NCBI RefSeq assembly: GCF_009914755.1
Contig: NC_060926.1
Source: the human T2T-CHM13v2.0 reference genome, Homo sapiens
Reading direction: 5' to 3' (one strand)
DNA length: 64,000 nucleotides
Shown: positions 29,915 through 43,832 of the stretch, piece by piece
Layout of the letters: each line of letters starts with the position of its first letter
Numbering within the stretch: position 1 is the stretch's first letter
Program-made: the position numbers and the translations under genes
Notes under the pieces: model-generated
What the model was told of the DNA's origin: nothing
The model's database searches: none
Seen by the model: only the letters and a program-made list of their open reading frames with translations

Positions 29915-30134
29915 CAAGTGTTGGCAAACTGCAGTCCAAAGGCCAAATCTAACCCACCCTCTATTTTTGTAAATAATGTGCTATTGGAACCCAGCCACAT
30001 GCATTTATTTCCATATTGTCCATGGCTGCTTTGGTCTAACAGCAGACTTGAGTAGCAGAGACAAGACCAAATGAATTGCAAAGCCAAAAGTATTTACTAT
30101 TGGGTCCTTTACAGAAAAAGTTTTCCAATCTCTG
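29915..30134 (+). mobile_element. MER58A nested in L1M
   Basis: caagtgttggcaaact...ggccaaatc...tttacagaaaaagttttccaatctctg; degenerate 8-bp TSD tgttaagc/cattaagg. Confidence 0.85.
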
Positions 30135-30236
30135 CATTAAGGGATCAAAGCCAAGCAAAAAAAATGTATATACTATATGATTTCATTTATATGAAATACA
30201 AGAACAGACCAGAACCAATCTACGGTGATTATGGGG

Positions 30237-30752
30237 TGTATTAGTTAGGGTTCTCCTGAGAACCTGAACCAACGGGATATATAGAGATATACAGGAGATT
30301 TGTTACAGGAATTGGCTCACATGATTATGAAGACCAAGAAGTCCCATAATCTACCATCTGCAAACTGGAGAGCCAGGAAAGCTGGGGATGTAATTCAGTC
30401 CAAGTCCTAAAGCCCAGGAATGAAGTGGGGATGGGGACTGGTGTGAATCCCAGAGTCAAAGGGCCAAGAACCAGAAACAAGAATGTCTGAAGGCGGGAGA
30501 AACAATGGGGTCCCAGTTCAAAGAGAAAGAAAGAGAGTTGGCTCTTCCTGTGCCTTTTGTTCTATCTGGGCTCTCAATGGATTGAGCATTGCTGCCCATG
30601 TTGGTAAAGGTGAATCTTCTTGACTCAATCTACTGAGTCAAATACGAGTCTCTTCCAAAAACAATCTCACAGACACCCCCAAACATCATGTTTTACCAGC
30701 TCTTTGGGCATCCCTAAACCAGTCAAGTTGACACATCCGATCAACCCTCACA
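30237..30752 (-). mobile_element. MLT2B ERVL LTR nested in L1M
   Basis: tgtattagttagggttctcc...aattggctcacatgattatg...cagtcaagttgacaca...tcaca. Confidence 0.9.
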
Positions 30753-31364
30753 GGTGGAGAGGGAGCATTGACTGGAAAGGGGCACAAAAAACACTTTGTA
30801 GTGATAAAAATGTTCTATCTTGTTTAGTGTGGTGGTTATGCATCTGTCTACAACTGTGAAAATATCAAACCTAAGATATGGGAATTTTATGAATAAAGAA
30901 GTTTTTCTTTGAGAAAATTCTGAAATAAATCACTTAGCCTGATCACAGGGAAACAGAATTATAGAATAATAATAATAAAAACCTTTGAAAACTCAGAATA
31001 AAAGACTGAGTTACAAAAATAATAACCTCTCCTCCTCAAACTTCCAAAAAAAAAACTAAAACAGTAAGAAAAACATGTGATAGGAAATCGAGATCTAGAA
31101 GTCCTGGTTTTCAAAGCCAGAGTTTTGCTAGTTTAATGAAGAACTTGTTCTTTGTTGATGCACTGACCTTCTCAAGGCTTCACATGTTCATCTGCAAGCT
31201 GCAGTTATTAGACTAGACTGTCACTGAGGTCCCTCTTAGTTCCACTGCCCCATATTTTATGACTCACACGTCATTAAGATGACATAATCCTCTCCTGTAG
31301 CATTGGTCCCAACTCCCCACCAAGGTGTTTGCTTTAAATATCCAGGTAATTGTGGCAGCTCTCC

Positions 31365-32495
31365 ACAACTGAGAAAATATTCTGTGTTTTTTTTGTGCTG
31401 CTAAACAGTCCATGGAAAGCTGTTAACTCCCTTTGGTTTACAGCTTTTGGTAACAGACAGTAAAGAATCTAGGAAGGAGTCTCAAACAGGACTATTTCAA
31501 GCAAACTAAGGTTTGATCAACTAGAATTGATGAAGACAAACACTGTCTTTTTATACCATTACCACGAACATTGTAATTATGATGCATAAAAGGCAAGTGT
31601 GGATCAGTCATATGGGGCAACTTGGGGCAAAGGTGCTGCAGAGAAGATCTGTGCTGGCAACATGCCATTGTTTTCAGCCCCTCTGAATGCCCCTGCTCCT
31701 CTCCACCACCCCTCCGCCACCCCACCACCCACCGCCAATACCACACCACAGGACCAAACCAGGGAAGTTGGCCTCAATGTATAGAAAGTTCCCTGGTATC
31801 CTGATTTTATAAATCAATTAAATCATGCTATACCTTGCTTTTTTTTTTTAGACAGAGTCTCGCTCTGTCACCCAGGCTGAAGTGGCGTGATCTCGGCTCA
31901 CTACAACCTCTGCCTCCCAGGTTCAAGCGATTCTCTCGCCTCAGCCTCCTGAGTAACTGACAGGCGCGTGTCACTACTCCTGGCTAATTTTTGTATTTTT
32001 AGTAGAGACAGGGTTTCACCATGTTGGTCAGGCTGGTCTTAAACTCCTGACCTCGTAAGCCGCCCACCTTGGCCTCCCAAAGTGCTGGGATTACAGGCAT
32101 GAGCCACCATGCCCAGCTATACCTTGCTTTTTTAGGTGCAGACTACTATACAACCCCGTGAGATCTGTTTTATGGAATTCAGAATCAATTTGGCATCACT
32201 GGCCCTATTTTTACCCCTTTAGATAGATCATTTTCCACAACAGTCAAGACACCCACACCATGTTTTTCCACCATACAGTGGCAGAAAGCTACCATATTGA
32301 CTCTCTCCATTCATTCACCAAACAAACATGCCTCTAGTGTCTCAATAAGCCATGCAATAGGTTAGACATTATCCCTAGCATCAGGGAAGTCACAATCTGG
32401 TAGGAGATGAGCTATTGATAACATCGTGTAGCATGGTGAACAACTGAGAAAATATTTTGTGTTTTGTTTGTGCTGCTAAACAGTCCATGGAAAGC
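31365..32495 (+). repeat. 56-bp direct repeat pair (31365-31420 and 32440-32495)
   Basis: 54/56 identical by manual alignment. Confidence 0.95.
31840..32117 (-). mobile_element. AluS (Sc/Sg-like) element
   Basis: Antisense dimer with small deletions; TSD tataccttgctttttt at 31829-31844 and 32118-32133. Confidence 0.95.
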
Positions 32496-32669
32496 AATCC
32501 AGCTTCTCCTGTTCCCGTTGCCTATTTCTCACCACGTTGGTAACTAGGTCTTTGTTTACGAGATCTAAGTTCTCTGCACACCCCATAGAGAAGATAGAGC
32601 TTTTTCTATATTTCTTAGCTTTAAAGAAAAACACACACATGCAAGTTATCAGATACCTAGAAAGTCAAG

Positions 32670-33060
32670 CCCAGGGTTTACAAATTCCCAGATCTGTAAA
32701 GGCCAGAAACATAATGTGAGTAAAGTAAGCCTGGTATAAGATGACAAATAACAACTGCTCTCCGCTTCAGTGATGAGGACACAACAGAAAGAGGTGAAGA
32801 ATGTATAGATGTGTAGAGCAAATGCCAACCATTTGCTCAGTGCCAGCTGGCTGCTGCCAGGAGAAATAGAGATCCCACCATGCTAGATTTGCTGAATTCT
32901 CAATAACACCTGGACACATTCAAATAAAATCTTCATTTGTAAATGATAGCAATTCATTCAGATTTAAAACTCTGTGCAGGATGCCACAGCACACACCAAG
33001 GAAAAACAGCAAGAGGGTATGAGGCTGAATACAACCCAAGTGCTAGTTTTCCACCTTTGG
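32670..33060 (-). mobile_element. MER102-like hAT-Charlie fragment
   Basis: gctagatttgctgaattctcaa...aaaatcttcatttgtaaatgatagcaattcattc...ctgtgcagg. Confidence 0.5.
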
Positions 33061-33156
33061 TACTAGGTGCATTGAGAGAATTAAGTGCCCATCGAAGAGA
33101 GGAAGGGTGGAGATGGGAGTAGCCAAATGTCCTGAGCACAGCCAGGACCCCTGTAA

Positions 33157-33484
<328 letters not shown>

Positions 33485-33689
33485 GGGACAGATGTAATTT
33501 AGTGAAGTGGTGGTGAGAGCCTGCTCAGGGTAGTGCACCTGAAGGGCCAGGCTCTTGGATGGGGACAGGTGTCTTGTGACTGAAGAAGTAGCACCAGGTG
33601 CTATGTCTTGGGAAGTTCAGCAAAGGTTTCTGTGGTTTAGCATGGCATAGCACCATGGAACGGCCCCACGGAAGAGATGGAGTTGTTAA

Positions 33690-35422
33690 CAGAGCCATCT
33701 ACCTTTGAGTAGACTTACGGGCTTGAACCAGGAACCACCTCAGAGGAAGTCACCCCTGAAGAATGACCAAGACTATGCCCCACTTTCCCAGACCATATAA
33801 GCCCCAAGCTTCTCACAGCATCTAAGAAGAAAAGAGGGAGTTCTTTTCACCCCATCAGCCAAAATATCAATTATTACTTTTCACAAACCCGCATGAGGAA
33901 AGAACAAAGTGGATTTCATTTGATATAGAAAACTAAAGAAATCGGCATTTCTTGTACCCAAATAGTCATTAAACAATTCATACAATTCTATATAAACCAC
34001 TGGATAAAATACAATGGGTTAGATACAATGGGTTAAAGGAGTGATTATTTCTGCCTGAAAGATTGAGGAAGGCTTCTCATTTCAACTTGATCCCAAGCCC
34101 CTCCTCTGAGGCACTCCAAACAGGAAGGACTCTCAGTGGGACGACAGAAAGCAGGGCAGAGCCACAAAGCTACTACCTGGAACATTTCTCTTGTCAGTTT
34201 TATTGGGTGCTATTAGTCTCCTATTGCCACTCTAATAAATTACCACCAACTTACTGGTTTAAAACAACACAAATGTATCACTTTACAATTCTGAAGGTCA
34301 GAAGTCTGCAATAGGACTCACGGGGCTAAAATCAAGGAGTTGCTGGGCTGTGTTCCTTTCTGGAGGCTCCAGGGAAGAATCCTCTTTCTAGCCTCTTTTA
34401 GAGACCCCATTTTCCTGGGTTCACAGCCTCCTTCCAGCTTCTAAGCCAGCAATTGCACCCCTCTCACCTCTTCTGCCACAGTCCCATCTTCTCCTTCTCT
34501 GACCCCTGCCTCCCACTTGCAAGGACCCTTGTGATTATATTGGGCCACTCAGATAACACAGAATAATCTCATTTTGAGGTCAGCTGATTAGCAACCTTAA
34601 TTCCATCAACAGCCTTAATTTCTCTTTGCCATGTAACATAACATATTCACAGGTTCCAGGAATTAGGACACGGGCACCTTTGGGGTCTCATTATTCTGCT
34701 TGTCACAGGAGCCCTGTCTGCAAAGCTCACATGCCTCTTCTCACCACCATCTTAAATGAAAGTCTACTCATTCTCTGATGCATAAACTCACTCTACTGAA
34801 CCCCCACCTCATGCACCAGATGACAACAGAGAAGAAACAAAGAGAAGGTCTTTGTTCTAAGCAGTGGAGGCACAGAGTTAATGCTTTCCAAGACACTAAA
34901 AGGAAATCCGTCTTTAAAATTCATGTCTTCCTTGGCAATCAAAGTAGGCCAAGGGACTTTTAGTGACTCCCTTGTGACAAACAGCAGGCATTGATCACAC
35001 AGCTGGCAGATATTAGCAGGGAAACCTATGGCTACAAACAGAACGAAACCTCTGATGTTGTTAGCACTCGGCTCAAACCAACTTAGCCAGCCAAACCCAA
35101 ATTTTAATTATCCACAAAACAGTGAAGGCAGTACAACCACTGTTGTACAAGAATTCCAGAATTATGAAACTTTTCTACATACTTAGAGCTTTTATAATAT
35201 TTTCATCCAAAAATAATAACCTAAGGAAACATACAAATACTTCTGGTAATACCATACACATTTGTCTTTGCTTTTTACTAAAGATAGATCACCTCAATAT
35301 GTTGGCAGAGCCACCCACCTTTGAATAGACCTATGGGCTTGAAGCAGGAGCCATCTCAGAGGAAGCCACCCCCAAAGAATGACCAAGACCATGACTCTCT
35401 TTCCTGGACCAAATAAGCCCCA
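33690..35422 (+). repeat. 117-bp direct repeat pair (33690-33806 and 35306-35422)
   Basis: Ungapped, 99/117 identical by manual alignment. Confidence 0.9.
34208..34707 (-). mobile_element. MLT1D MaLR LTR
   Basis: aaattaccaccaacttactggtttaaaacaacac...ggacccttgtgattatattgggcc...cagctgattagcaaccttaattccatc. Confidence 0.88.
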
Positions 35423-37165
35423 CTTTCTAAGATGAGGCTTTAGAAGATGGCTAAAGTACCAGCCATCTTCTACTTTCCACTCATTCTCATTGGCTTCTAA
35501 TGTCCTCAGAGGAATGTTGGGATGAGAAGCAAATTAGACATTGACACTAAATCCACATATGAAGTAGTCATAGTACAGAAAGAGCCATATGCAGGTCCTA
35601 GGACACATGACCTTGGATTTTGGATCTGACATCTCTCTTTTGGATCCTATCCACCCAGTACCATTTTTTAAAGTGACCTATGTCCCAAGGCTCTATATAG
35701 AAGGTGAAAGTGACACTTAGTAACACTGAGTATACAAAATGTAGCGAACAATAGCAGTAGAAAGAACCATGAGATGTTTGTTAGCATCTCAACTAAGGCT
35801 TTGATTTATGTAATTTCATAAGGTTTTTATAAACCATTGATAATTATACATTGTTGCTTAAAATATGGATAACTTTAAAATGGAAACACAATGAAAGTGG
35901 AGCAAATTAATTATTATGATGTAAATACTATAATCTAAATCTCTCAAAACAGGACGTCTAGAGAGGAAAAATAATAAAATGGTAACCATTGTTGTAACTC
36001 AATCACCCCATTTTATAGATGCAAACTCAAGCTTCAGTGAGCTAAAGTTCAGTTAGTGGGTACAAAGCCAAGACATGAGTCCAAGACGCATCTCTTTATT
36101 CTCTGTCATTTTTTTTTTCTCTCTCTCTCTCTAAAAAAAGTGCAAGCATCCGAGTAGCTGTTTTCTCATGCTCTGTGACGTGCTAAGATAACTGAATATA
36201 AGTGTCCCAGAACTCGGCACTATGGGACTGTAGCCCCCCATGTGATGAACTGGAGGCAAGAGTGGTCAGGATTAATAGCAAATTCATACAAAAACTAGCT
36301 TGTCAGACTTTCTGGGTCCTGTACACCTAGCAGATGCATTTCCCAGCATGAAAGATTAGTGCCTGGAATTAGTTGGCCTGGATTCCCTATAGTTTCCAGT
36401 GTCACTGGTGAGAGAAGAGTTACAGATTTATTGCTGGACTATAGTGAAATGAAATCATTGTTTGGTCATCATTTCAAACCAACATACAGTCTTACATTTT
36501 TCTCTCTCTCTCATAAAAGTCCCTTGACACATTTCCTTCCTTCTTCAAGCAACCATTATCTGCACTCTAAAAAATGAGATCAAGAATAAATGTTTATACA
36601 GTAAAGGTAGTCTCCCTGACTATTCAGCATTTAATGATAACATTTGTTTTTTAATTCCTTTCTATTGGAAAAATGCCTTTATTTGTAAATAGTTGCTTAG
36701 CAACATTCTTTGTAAATGCTCGTATCTCATTTGGAACACCTATCACTTGGTTCTGGAAGTCCTTAAATTCCTTGGGGCTTCTGCAGCATTCTCAAAATAT
36801 GGAGAAAAGAAGAAGAAAACATGCAAGAAAGCTGAATCATTCCAATTCTCTAACTACAAGAAGAATTTAATAAAAACGAAAAGTTACCTTCATTTTGGAT
36901 GGAAGTGACGTGACGCTAAAGGAAAAAATATGAAACTAAGATGCGGGGAGATAAGGAATATTTTGTACATCTATGAAAGAGTCCATGCCTAGAGCAGATC
37001 AAGTCAGGAGTGGGAGACTGGGAACATATAAAAAGATATAGAACTTCAGGGTTTTATCATTGCTTTATCACTGAGACTCTGCGGTATCAAATGCAGTCCT
37101 AACATTTTACACCTGGTAAGAAAGAATCACAATTATGATTCTCATTAGAAGCCCACACCCTGAGA

Positions 37166-37166
<1 letters not shown>

Positions 37167-37216
<50 letters not shown>
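37167..37216. repeat. (TG)25 microsatellite
   Basis: Uninterrupted TG run. Confidence 0.97.
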
Positions 37217-37218
<2 letters not shown>

Positions 37219-37416
37219 GGGTAGGAAAGGAAATACAGAACCCCAATGAGTTTGTGACATCACTTGGTAGAAGCAGCGTAGGTCCACATCACATGGTACA
37301 AGAATTGTAGGTAAAGAGATTTCTCCTGAAGTTGGCAGACTCAGACCAACCATGGGAAAGATCTGACTTTGGGAAAGATATGGAAGTATGACACTCTGTG
37401 GAAATCAGGCAGAATA

Positions 37417-37918
37417 TGCCTAGTAGCCAGTCTCCAAAGTGGCTCTGTGATTCCTGTCTCCCGGTGTTCACAGCCTGGTTTAGACCCTTTCCACATTGTA
37501 CCAGGTTGGTCTGTATGACCAGAGAATATGACAGAAGCAATGATGTGTCACTTCCAACATTAGATTCTACATGACATTGCAGCTTTTGTCTTGGTTGTCC
37601 TCTTGTTCTCTATCTTCCTTAGAACACTCATCCTGGAAGAAGCCAGCTACCATGACTTGAGGACACTTAGCCCCAAGGAAAAGCCATTAGCAAGGAACTG
37701 AGACTTCCCGTCAACAGCCATGTGAGTGGGCCTTCCTGGAAATTGATCCTGCAGTTTCAGTCAAGGCTTCAGATGATGCAACCCAGATGCTGAACCAGAA
37801 ACACCCAGTGAAACCACGCCTAGATTCCTGACTCTCAGAAACTGTGGGAGAATAAATGTTTGTTTTAAGCCACTAAATTTGGGGGCAATTTGCTATGTAA
37901 CAATAGGTAACTAATACA
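37417..37918 (+). mobile_element. MLT1F-like MaLR LTR
   Basis: gaagccagctaccatg...aaggaactgag...aataaatgtttgttttaagccactaaattt...taactaataca. Confidence 0.85.
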
Positions 37919-38277
37919 ATAAGTTAAAATGCAACATCTGAGAAATTTAGAACATAAACTCCTTGATGATAATGTTATATTTGTTCTTTGGGAGAAAAAA
38001 AAAACTGAAAAGAAATCTCTTCATCTTATTGTGAGGATGTAAAATGCATATTCCAGCCACATTATATTCAGTTTTCAAATCACTTTTATCCACCCAGTTA
38101 TCAAGGACCTTGTATATACATTCTATTAGGATAAAATGATAGAAATATAAAGAAGTGGTAATATCTTCAAAATGCTTAAACCAAAAGTCTGAGACCGACA
38201 TCTTGCAGCAGGTTTTTTGTTTTCATTCTCAGCATTCATTTGCATTTTATTTAACCCAAGTTAATAGCTATCTAGGC

Positions 38278-38736
38278 TGTACATTTTCCATTAGACCTTT
38301 AAGATCCATTCTTTTCTTTTCTACCTTAGTTTGTACTTTGATGCTGGCCTTTGGGGACTGAATCTATATGCCCCTCTGCCCTCTGGCTTTCTCTTGGTTT
38401 CAGCCAATGGAAGAGCATGCAGGAGACCAGAGAGTGAGAGAGGAATAAGATGAAGGTACCTCTACTATTGGCTCCTTCCCTACCATGGATTGGCTACTTC
38501 TCTTCACCCAAGACTATGCTCTGGTCAGGCAGCCCACCTAGCTCTCTCCCATAGCCACAGCTGGCCCCCTAGGGCTGAGGAGCGGTAATGCTTCCTGCTG
38601 TTGCTAATCCCGGGGTGCTTCACCATTCCTCAGCAGATGAGGGAAACCCTACTCACACCTTTTTAAATACTTATTTTATTTGTTAATGACTTGGCTTGAA
38701 TGTGCCATGTATTCCCTACCAGGGCTGAACAATACA
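38278..38736 (+). mobile_element. LTR33-like ERVL LTR
   Basis: tgccctctggcttt...ttcagccaatgg...ctgttgctaatcccggggtgcttcaccattcct...tgaatgtgccat. Confidence 0.7.
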
Positions 38737-38739
38737 CCA

Positions 38740-38985
38740 ACCTTTTTAAAATGTGAAATTTCCCAAAAAGGTTAGAATTATCACACTCATCTTTAAAGAT
38801 CAGAATATCTGGAATGCTGGGTCCATATTCCCAAGCAGCTGGCATCTATGCCCTTTTGACAAACAGTGGTCTCTCCAGTGACCCACCAGTCCCCACCATT
38901 GCCTGTTGTGCAACTCGCTTGATCAATTCCAAACATGTGTAGGATGTGCTTGCACCTTTATCCTTATTGGAGCTTGTGAACTCAG
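38740..38985 (+). mobile_element. MER102-like hAT-Charlie fragment
   Basis: aatatctggaatgctgggtccatattccca...tctctccagtg...cagtccccacca. Confidence 0.55.
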
Positions 38986-39699
38986 GCTAAACTGTGGCAG
39001 GAGAGACGGTGTTTAACACAAATCACTTTATGCAGTGTGGAATGTTGATGCCAAGAAGTGATCCAGACAACAAAGACAATGGCAATTAACTGGATGGAAC
39101 ATTCATTTCTGTGTGTGAGAACTTATATAGGGGACTGGACCTTGACACTTCTCTTTGAAGAACAATACCACACTTGAAACTTTATAAGGTATGGGCTGGT
39201 TAGGAAGTGTAGTCATTATTTACACCATTGCTTGCATAGGAAAATAAATTCTGGGATCCAAACAACTGATTTAACAGTAACATTTTTATAATATAATCCA
39301 TTAATTAAATTGGTGACCTCTTTATAAGTAACTCTAAGTATCAAAATAAGTAGCTTTTAAAGAAGGTACATCCAAAAAAAAAAAAAAAGTCTAGGATTAG
39401 TGACCTTGATTCAAAAGATTTTAATAGTAAAACATTAAATCTGGAGGAGAAAATTATGTTCATTATCAGCAACACAATTTAACATCATTATGAATTAACT
39501 AATCAATGCAATTAGGCAATAGAAGCTAATGGGGTATGAGTATTAGGAAGAAGTCAGAATCATCACTCTTTGTAGATGATATGAGTTTAAAGACAAGAAA
39601 CACCAAGAAAATTGATGTAACAGGTACTCGAAGCAATACCAGAATTAGTAAGGTGATGAATTACAAAATTATTTTTAGAGCCAATGACTTTTCTATATG

Positions 39700-40077
39700 T
39701 TCATACATTCAGAAAATATTTTCCAAATACTCATTATTTGCCATGCAACATTCTAGGCATTAAGGATACAGCAAAATAAACAAGCCAGATAAAGCATCCT
39801 TGCCCTTAATAAGGAGTTTATCTTCTAGTGAGGAAAAGCATACAATACATAACATGCAAAAGTTATATATACAATTAAATAGGAATTCATGTTTAGGATA
39901 AAATAGAATAAGGAAGGAGACTATAGGGTATGAGAGGAATTATAATTACATATAGGTGACTAAGGAAGGTTTCATTGAGAAGATGACACTGTGCAAAGGC
40001 CAGCAAGCTATGGCTGTATCTGCTGGATGAGGGCACCAGGCAGAAGGTACAGCAATTGCAAAGGCTCTGAGCTGGGC
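39700..40077 (-). mobile_element. L2 3' end nested in L1M
   Basis: ttcatacattca...cattctaggcattaaggatacagc...ggagtttatcttctagtg...gcaaaggctctgagctggg. Confidence 0.75.
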
Positions 40078-40235
40078 CCAGTTAGAAATATTATGGAAGG
40101 ACTATTCCATCCACAACAAACAAGAAAAAAATAAAATACCTAGGAGTAAATACTAAAAGAAATGTCTAGGATCTTTAAGAAGAAAACAGTACTGTGTATA
40201 TTGTGTAGAGAAACAAAAGCTAAGCAAATGAAAAG

Positions 40236-40820
40236 TGTATCCACCAGGGTTAGATAAAGGAAGAAGAGCTGTTTTACTATGAAATGAAGACTTGATTATA
40301 GAGTGAAACTTTACTCACTGGTGGAAGGAGCTGGAGAAGTAAAGACTCAAAACAGGAAATTTTAGGACCAGAAAATGTCACTCCCCAGCTATCCTGAAGC
40401 AGTATCCCGGATGGAAAGTCAGAGCATTCAGAGGAATTGAGAGGCAAGATACATACAGCTGCTGAAAGTGGTATCAGGAAGGGAGACTAGTGTCTTAGCC
40501 TCCAGAAGGCCATTGCTTCCACATAGCTGTCCCATCTGTGAGCTCACAGCCAAATATCTGATGGTGGGACTGGGTTTGCTCTTGGTCAGCAGGGCCAGAG
40601 TCAAAAAGAAGAGCAGAACATAGAGTGGGGAAGAGCAAGAACTCACTGGAAACAAACTAGACACCACTGGCACCCCTCGTGGCTTCTAACCATGACCACC
40701 TTCAGAGACAATGGCTATTGCTGCAAATGTGCCTTCCATGTCCCAGATACATTTCCCTTTTGCCAACTTCAACCTGAAACTACACAGGGAGGGGGATTCT
40801 GGAAAACAGCCAATTGGACA
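40236..40820 (-). mobile_element. LTR41-like ERVL LTR
   Basis: gaccaccttcagagacaatggct...cttttgccaacttcaacctgaaactacacagggagggggattctggaaaa. Confidence 0.7.
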
Positions 40821-40833
40821 TGAAAACCTTCTA

Positions 40834-41193
<360 letters not shown>

Positions 41194-43449
41194 TTATAGA
41201 GATGTCGATCACATCTAGTATTTCAGTTTAACACAATCCCAAATACCAACAGAATTTCAGGGAGGTGGGGAGAGTTGTCAATAAATGTACTAATACAGTT
41301 CCACTAGAAAAATTAAAATGTAAGAATAGTCAGGAAAAATTTCAAAAAGAAGAGGGGCATCTGACTAACAAGATGTTAAAACATATAATAAAATTACAAA
41401 AATCAAATCTGTTTAGTATTGGAGAAAAACCTAATCAATGCAAGAAAACGCTTGAGAAACAGATCTAAATATATATGGGAATTTTAAGGTAAAAGTGGAA
41501 TTTCAATTCAGTAAAGAAAAGTGGATTTTAAAAATGATGTTGAAACACATTTGAGGAAGACCTTAAAGCACAGGACAGAAAACCTAGAAGCCAAAAAAGA
41601 AAAGACTAATAAAAAATGACTACATTAACATAGAAAACTTTTTAATAGAAAAAAATATATAATAAACAAAGTTGAAAGACCCACAGTAAACATTGGAAAG
41701 CATATGTATACGAGAGTTAATTTACTTTGTTTAAAAAGAATTCATACCAAAGAAAGAAAAGAAAAAGGACTAAGACAAAATTTTAAAAGCAGAAGATCAG
41801 CAATGCAATAGAAAACTGGAGATATGTATATATACGAAGTTTACCAAAAATACATAAACAGCCAATAAACTGTTTGAAAAGATGTTCAACCTCATTGATA
41901 AATAAAGAAATGCATGTTAAATGAATCATAATGATTCACCAGTCCAGTGAGCAAATACTAGAGAGCTTGATCTACCCAGTACTACCAAGTACTACCAGTA
42001 CTACCAAGAGTGGAGAAAGAGGCACCTCATACTCTCCATTTCTCGAGTCATTTCTATCCCTCACATAAGTGGCTCCTCTGGGTTGGTTTATCTTCCCTTT
42101 ATCTCTTCACTCCAAGCATGAATTCAGTTCCTTTCCTTTTCAACCCAAAGGGCAGCTAAGACCAGAATGTGCTGTTGAACAAAACTTCATGAGTGATTGA
42201 GGAGTAGTATAGATAGAATTTGGAGAGTAATTTTAGCTGCTACAAAACATGGTTACTCCCATTTGACCCTACTCCTAAATTCCCATCTTACTCTTAAATG
42301 TCTTCCATGAGACAGAGGCCAGCTTGCCCCTCATAATCCAGAATCTCTAGGTCTCTCCCATCCTAAGCTCCATAAAAGCTTCAGCCTCAACCCCAGGAGG
42401 GCCTCCCTTACTCCAGTCTGAGGGACACTCATTTCAAGCCTCAGGATGACTGACAGTGGGAAGATTAACTCTTTCTCAGTAGACAAAATCACAATAGTTG
42501 ATGGTATATTTCTCAAAATCTGTTGATCAGCATTGTGTGAAAGTTATTAATAGCTCATTTTAATCGATATTTAGGAAAAACATTTCTTTAACTCTTCAAG
42601 CATATAACTGTCCATCTCAAAATACATTAAATTCATAGTACTAAATTGAACTCTTAAAATCTTCCATTATATCCTCTGAAGTCAGATCCATAGTGACTTC
42701 AAGTTTTCGTCAAGAACTCTAGGTGAGCACTTGCTTTACACTCATTCTGATGATGAAGCCAAACCAAATTTGCTCCAGGTGTGAACTAGTAACTCCACTG
42801 CCTCCAGTAACTAAAAATGAAGGACGCTCCGAAGGACAGTTATCTCAATAAAAGACAATTTAAAATTCTGTCTTCATCAAACATTCAGCTTCATGTCCAT
42901 TCCAATTTTCTATACTGTGCATACATTATTTCTGTATTTGGAACAAATTAATGAATGCCCTTTAAAATAATCCTTTAGTCATTTGAGTTTAGAGGACAAA
43001 GCATATTTCCATGAGTATAACCATTCTAAAAAACTAACCATCCTCTACAGAATCAATTATAGACAAACTTGGGACTTGATTAAGGTTCATCTTGGGGCTC
43101 ATTTGCTTCTCCTTTTGGTCTCCTCAGCCCTTCTTCACGAAGCATCTCTTCTTTCTGGTTCTTAACTACTCACTGAGCTGTTAAACTAACCAGGATATGA
43201 CCCAGTTCCTTCTCTATTGTGTTACGACTAGGTTTCTTCTACCACTAGTTGTGACTTAAATCAGAAAATCAAAAATCACACTAAAATTTTACAAAAGCAC
43301 CTTTTGTGTAACACAGGGGACTTCAGACATTCGTGATGCTGCAAATATCACCACTGAGTCTATTTGTAAGCTTTCTCCTTCCCCTCACCTTCCATTTGCT
43401 TCTTCTATTGCTACAAATAGATAGAAAAGAGAGTGTTCTGATTTTGTTA

Positions 43450-43832
<383 letters not shown>

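Larger units (their letters stand above)
29500..30905 (+). mobile_element. Old L1M (L1MD/ME-like) 3' end with nested MER58A and MLT2B
   Basis: gacccaacaattcctctcctaggcatttat...aactggaaacagcccaaatatccatcaacagg...; resumes after both inserts. Confidence 0.85.

Noticed and set aside
39536-39763. RT-like FVDD motif as a novel reverse transcriptase
   Set aside because: Degenerate L1 ORF2 fragment in a frameshifted fossil
41972-42008. Tandem (agtactacca)x3 and similar micro-duplications (6073-6103, 10916-10950, 15722-15744, 34009-34035) as an array or CRISPR-like structure
   Set aside because: Only 2-3 short units and no repeat-spacer architecture; ordinary slippage in a primate genome
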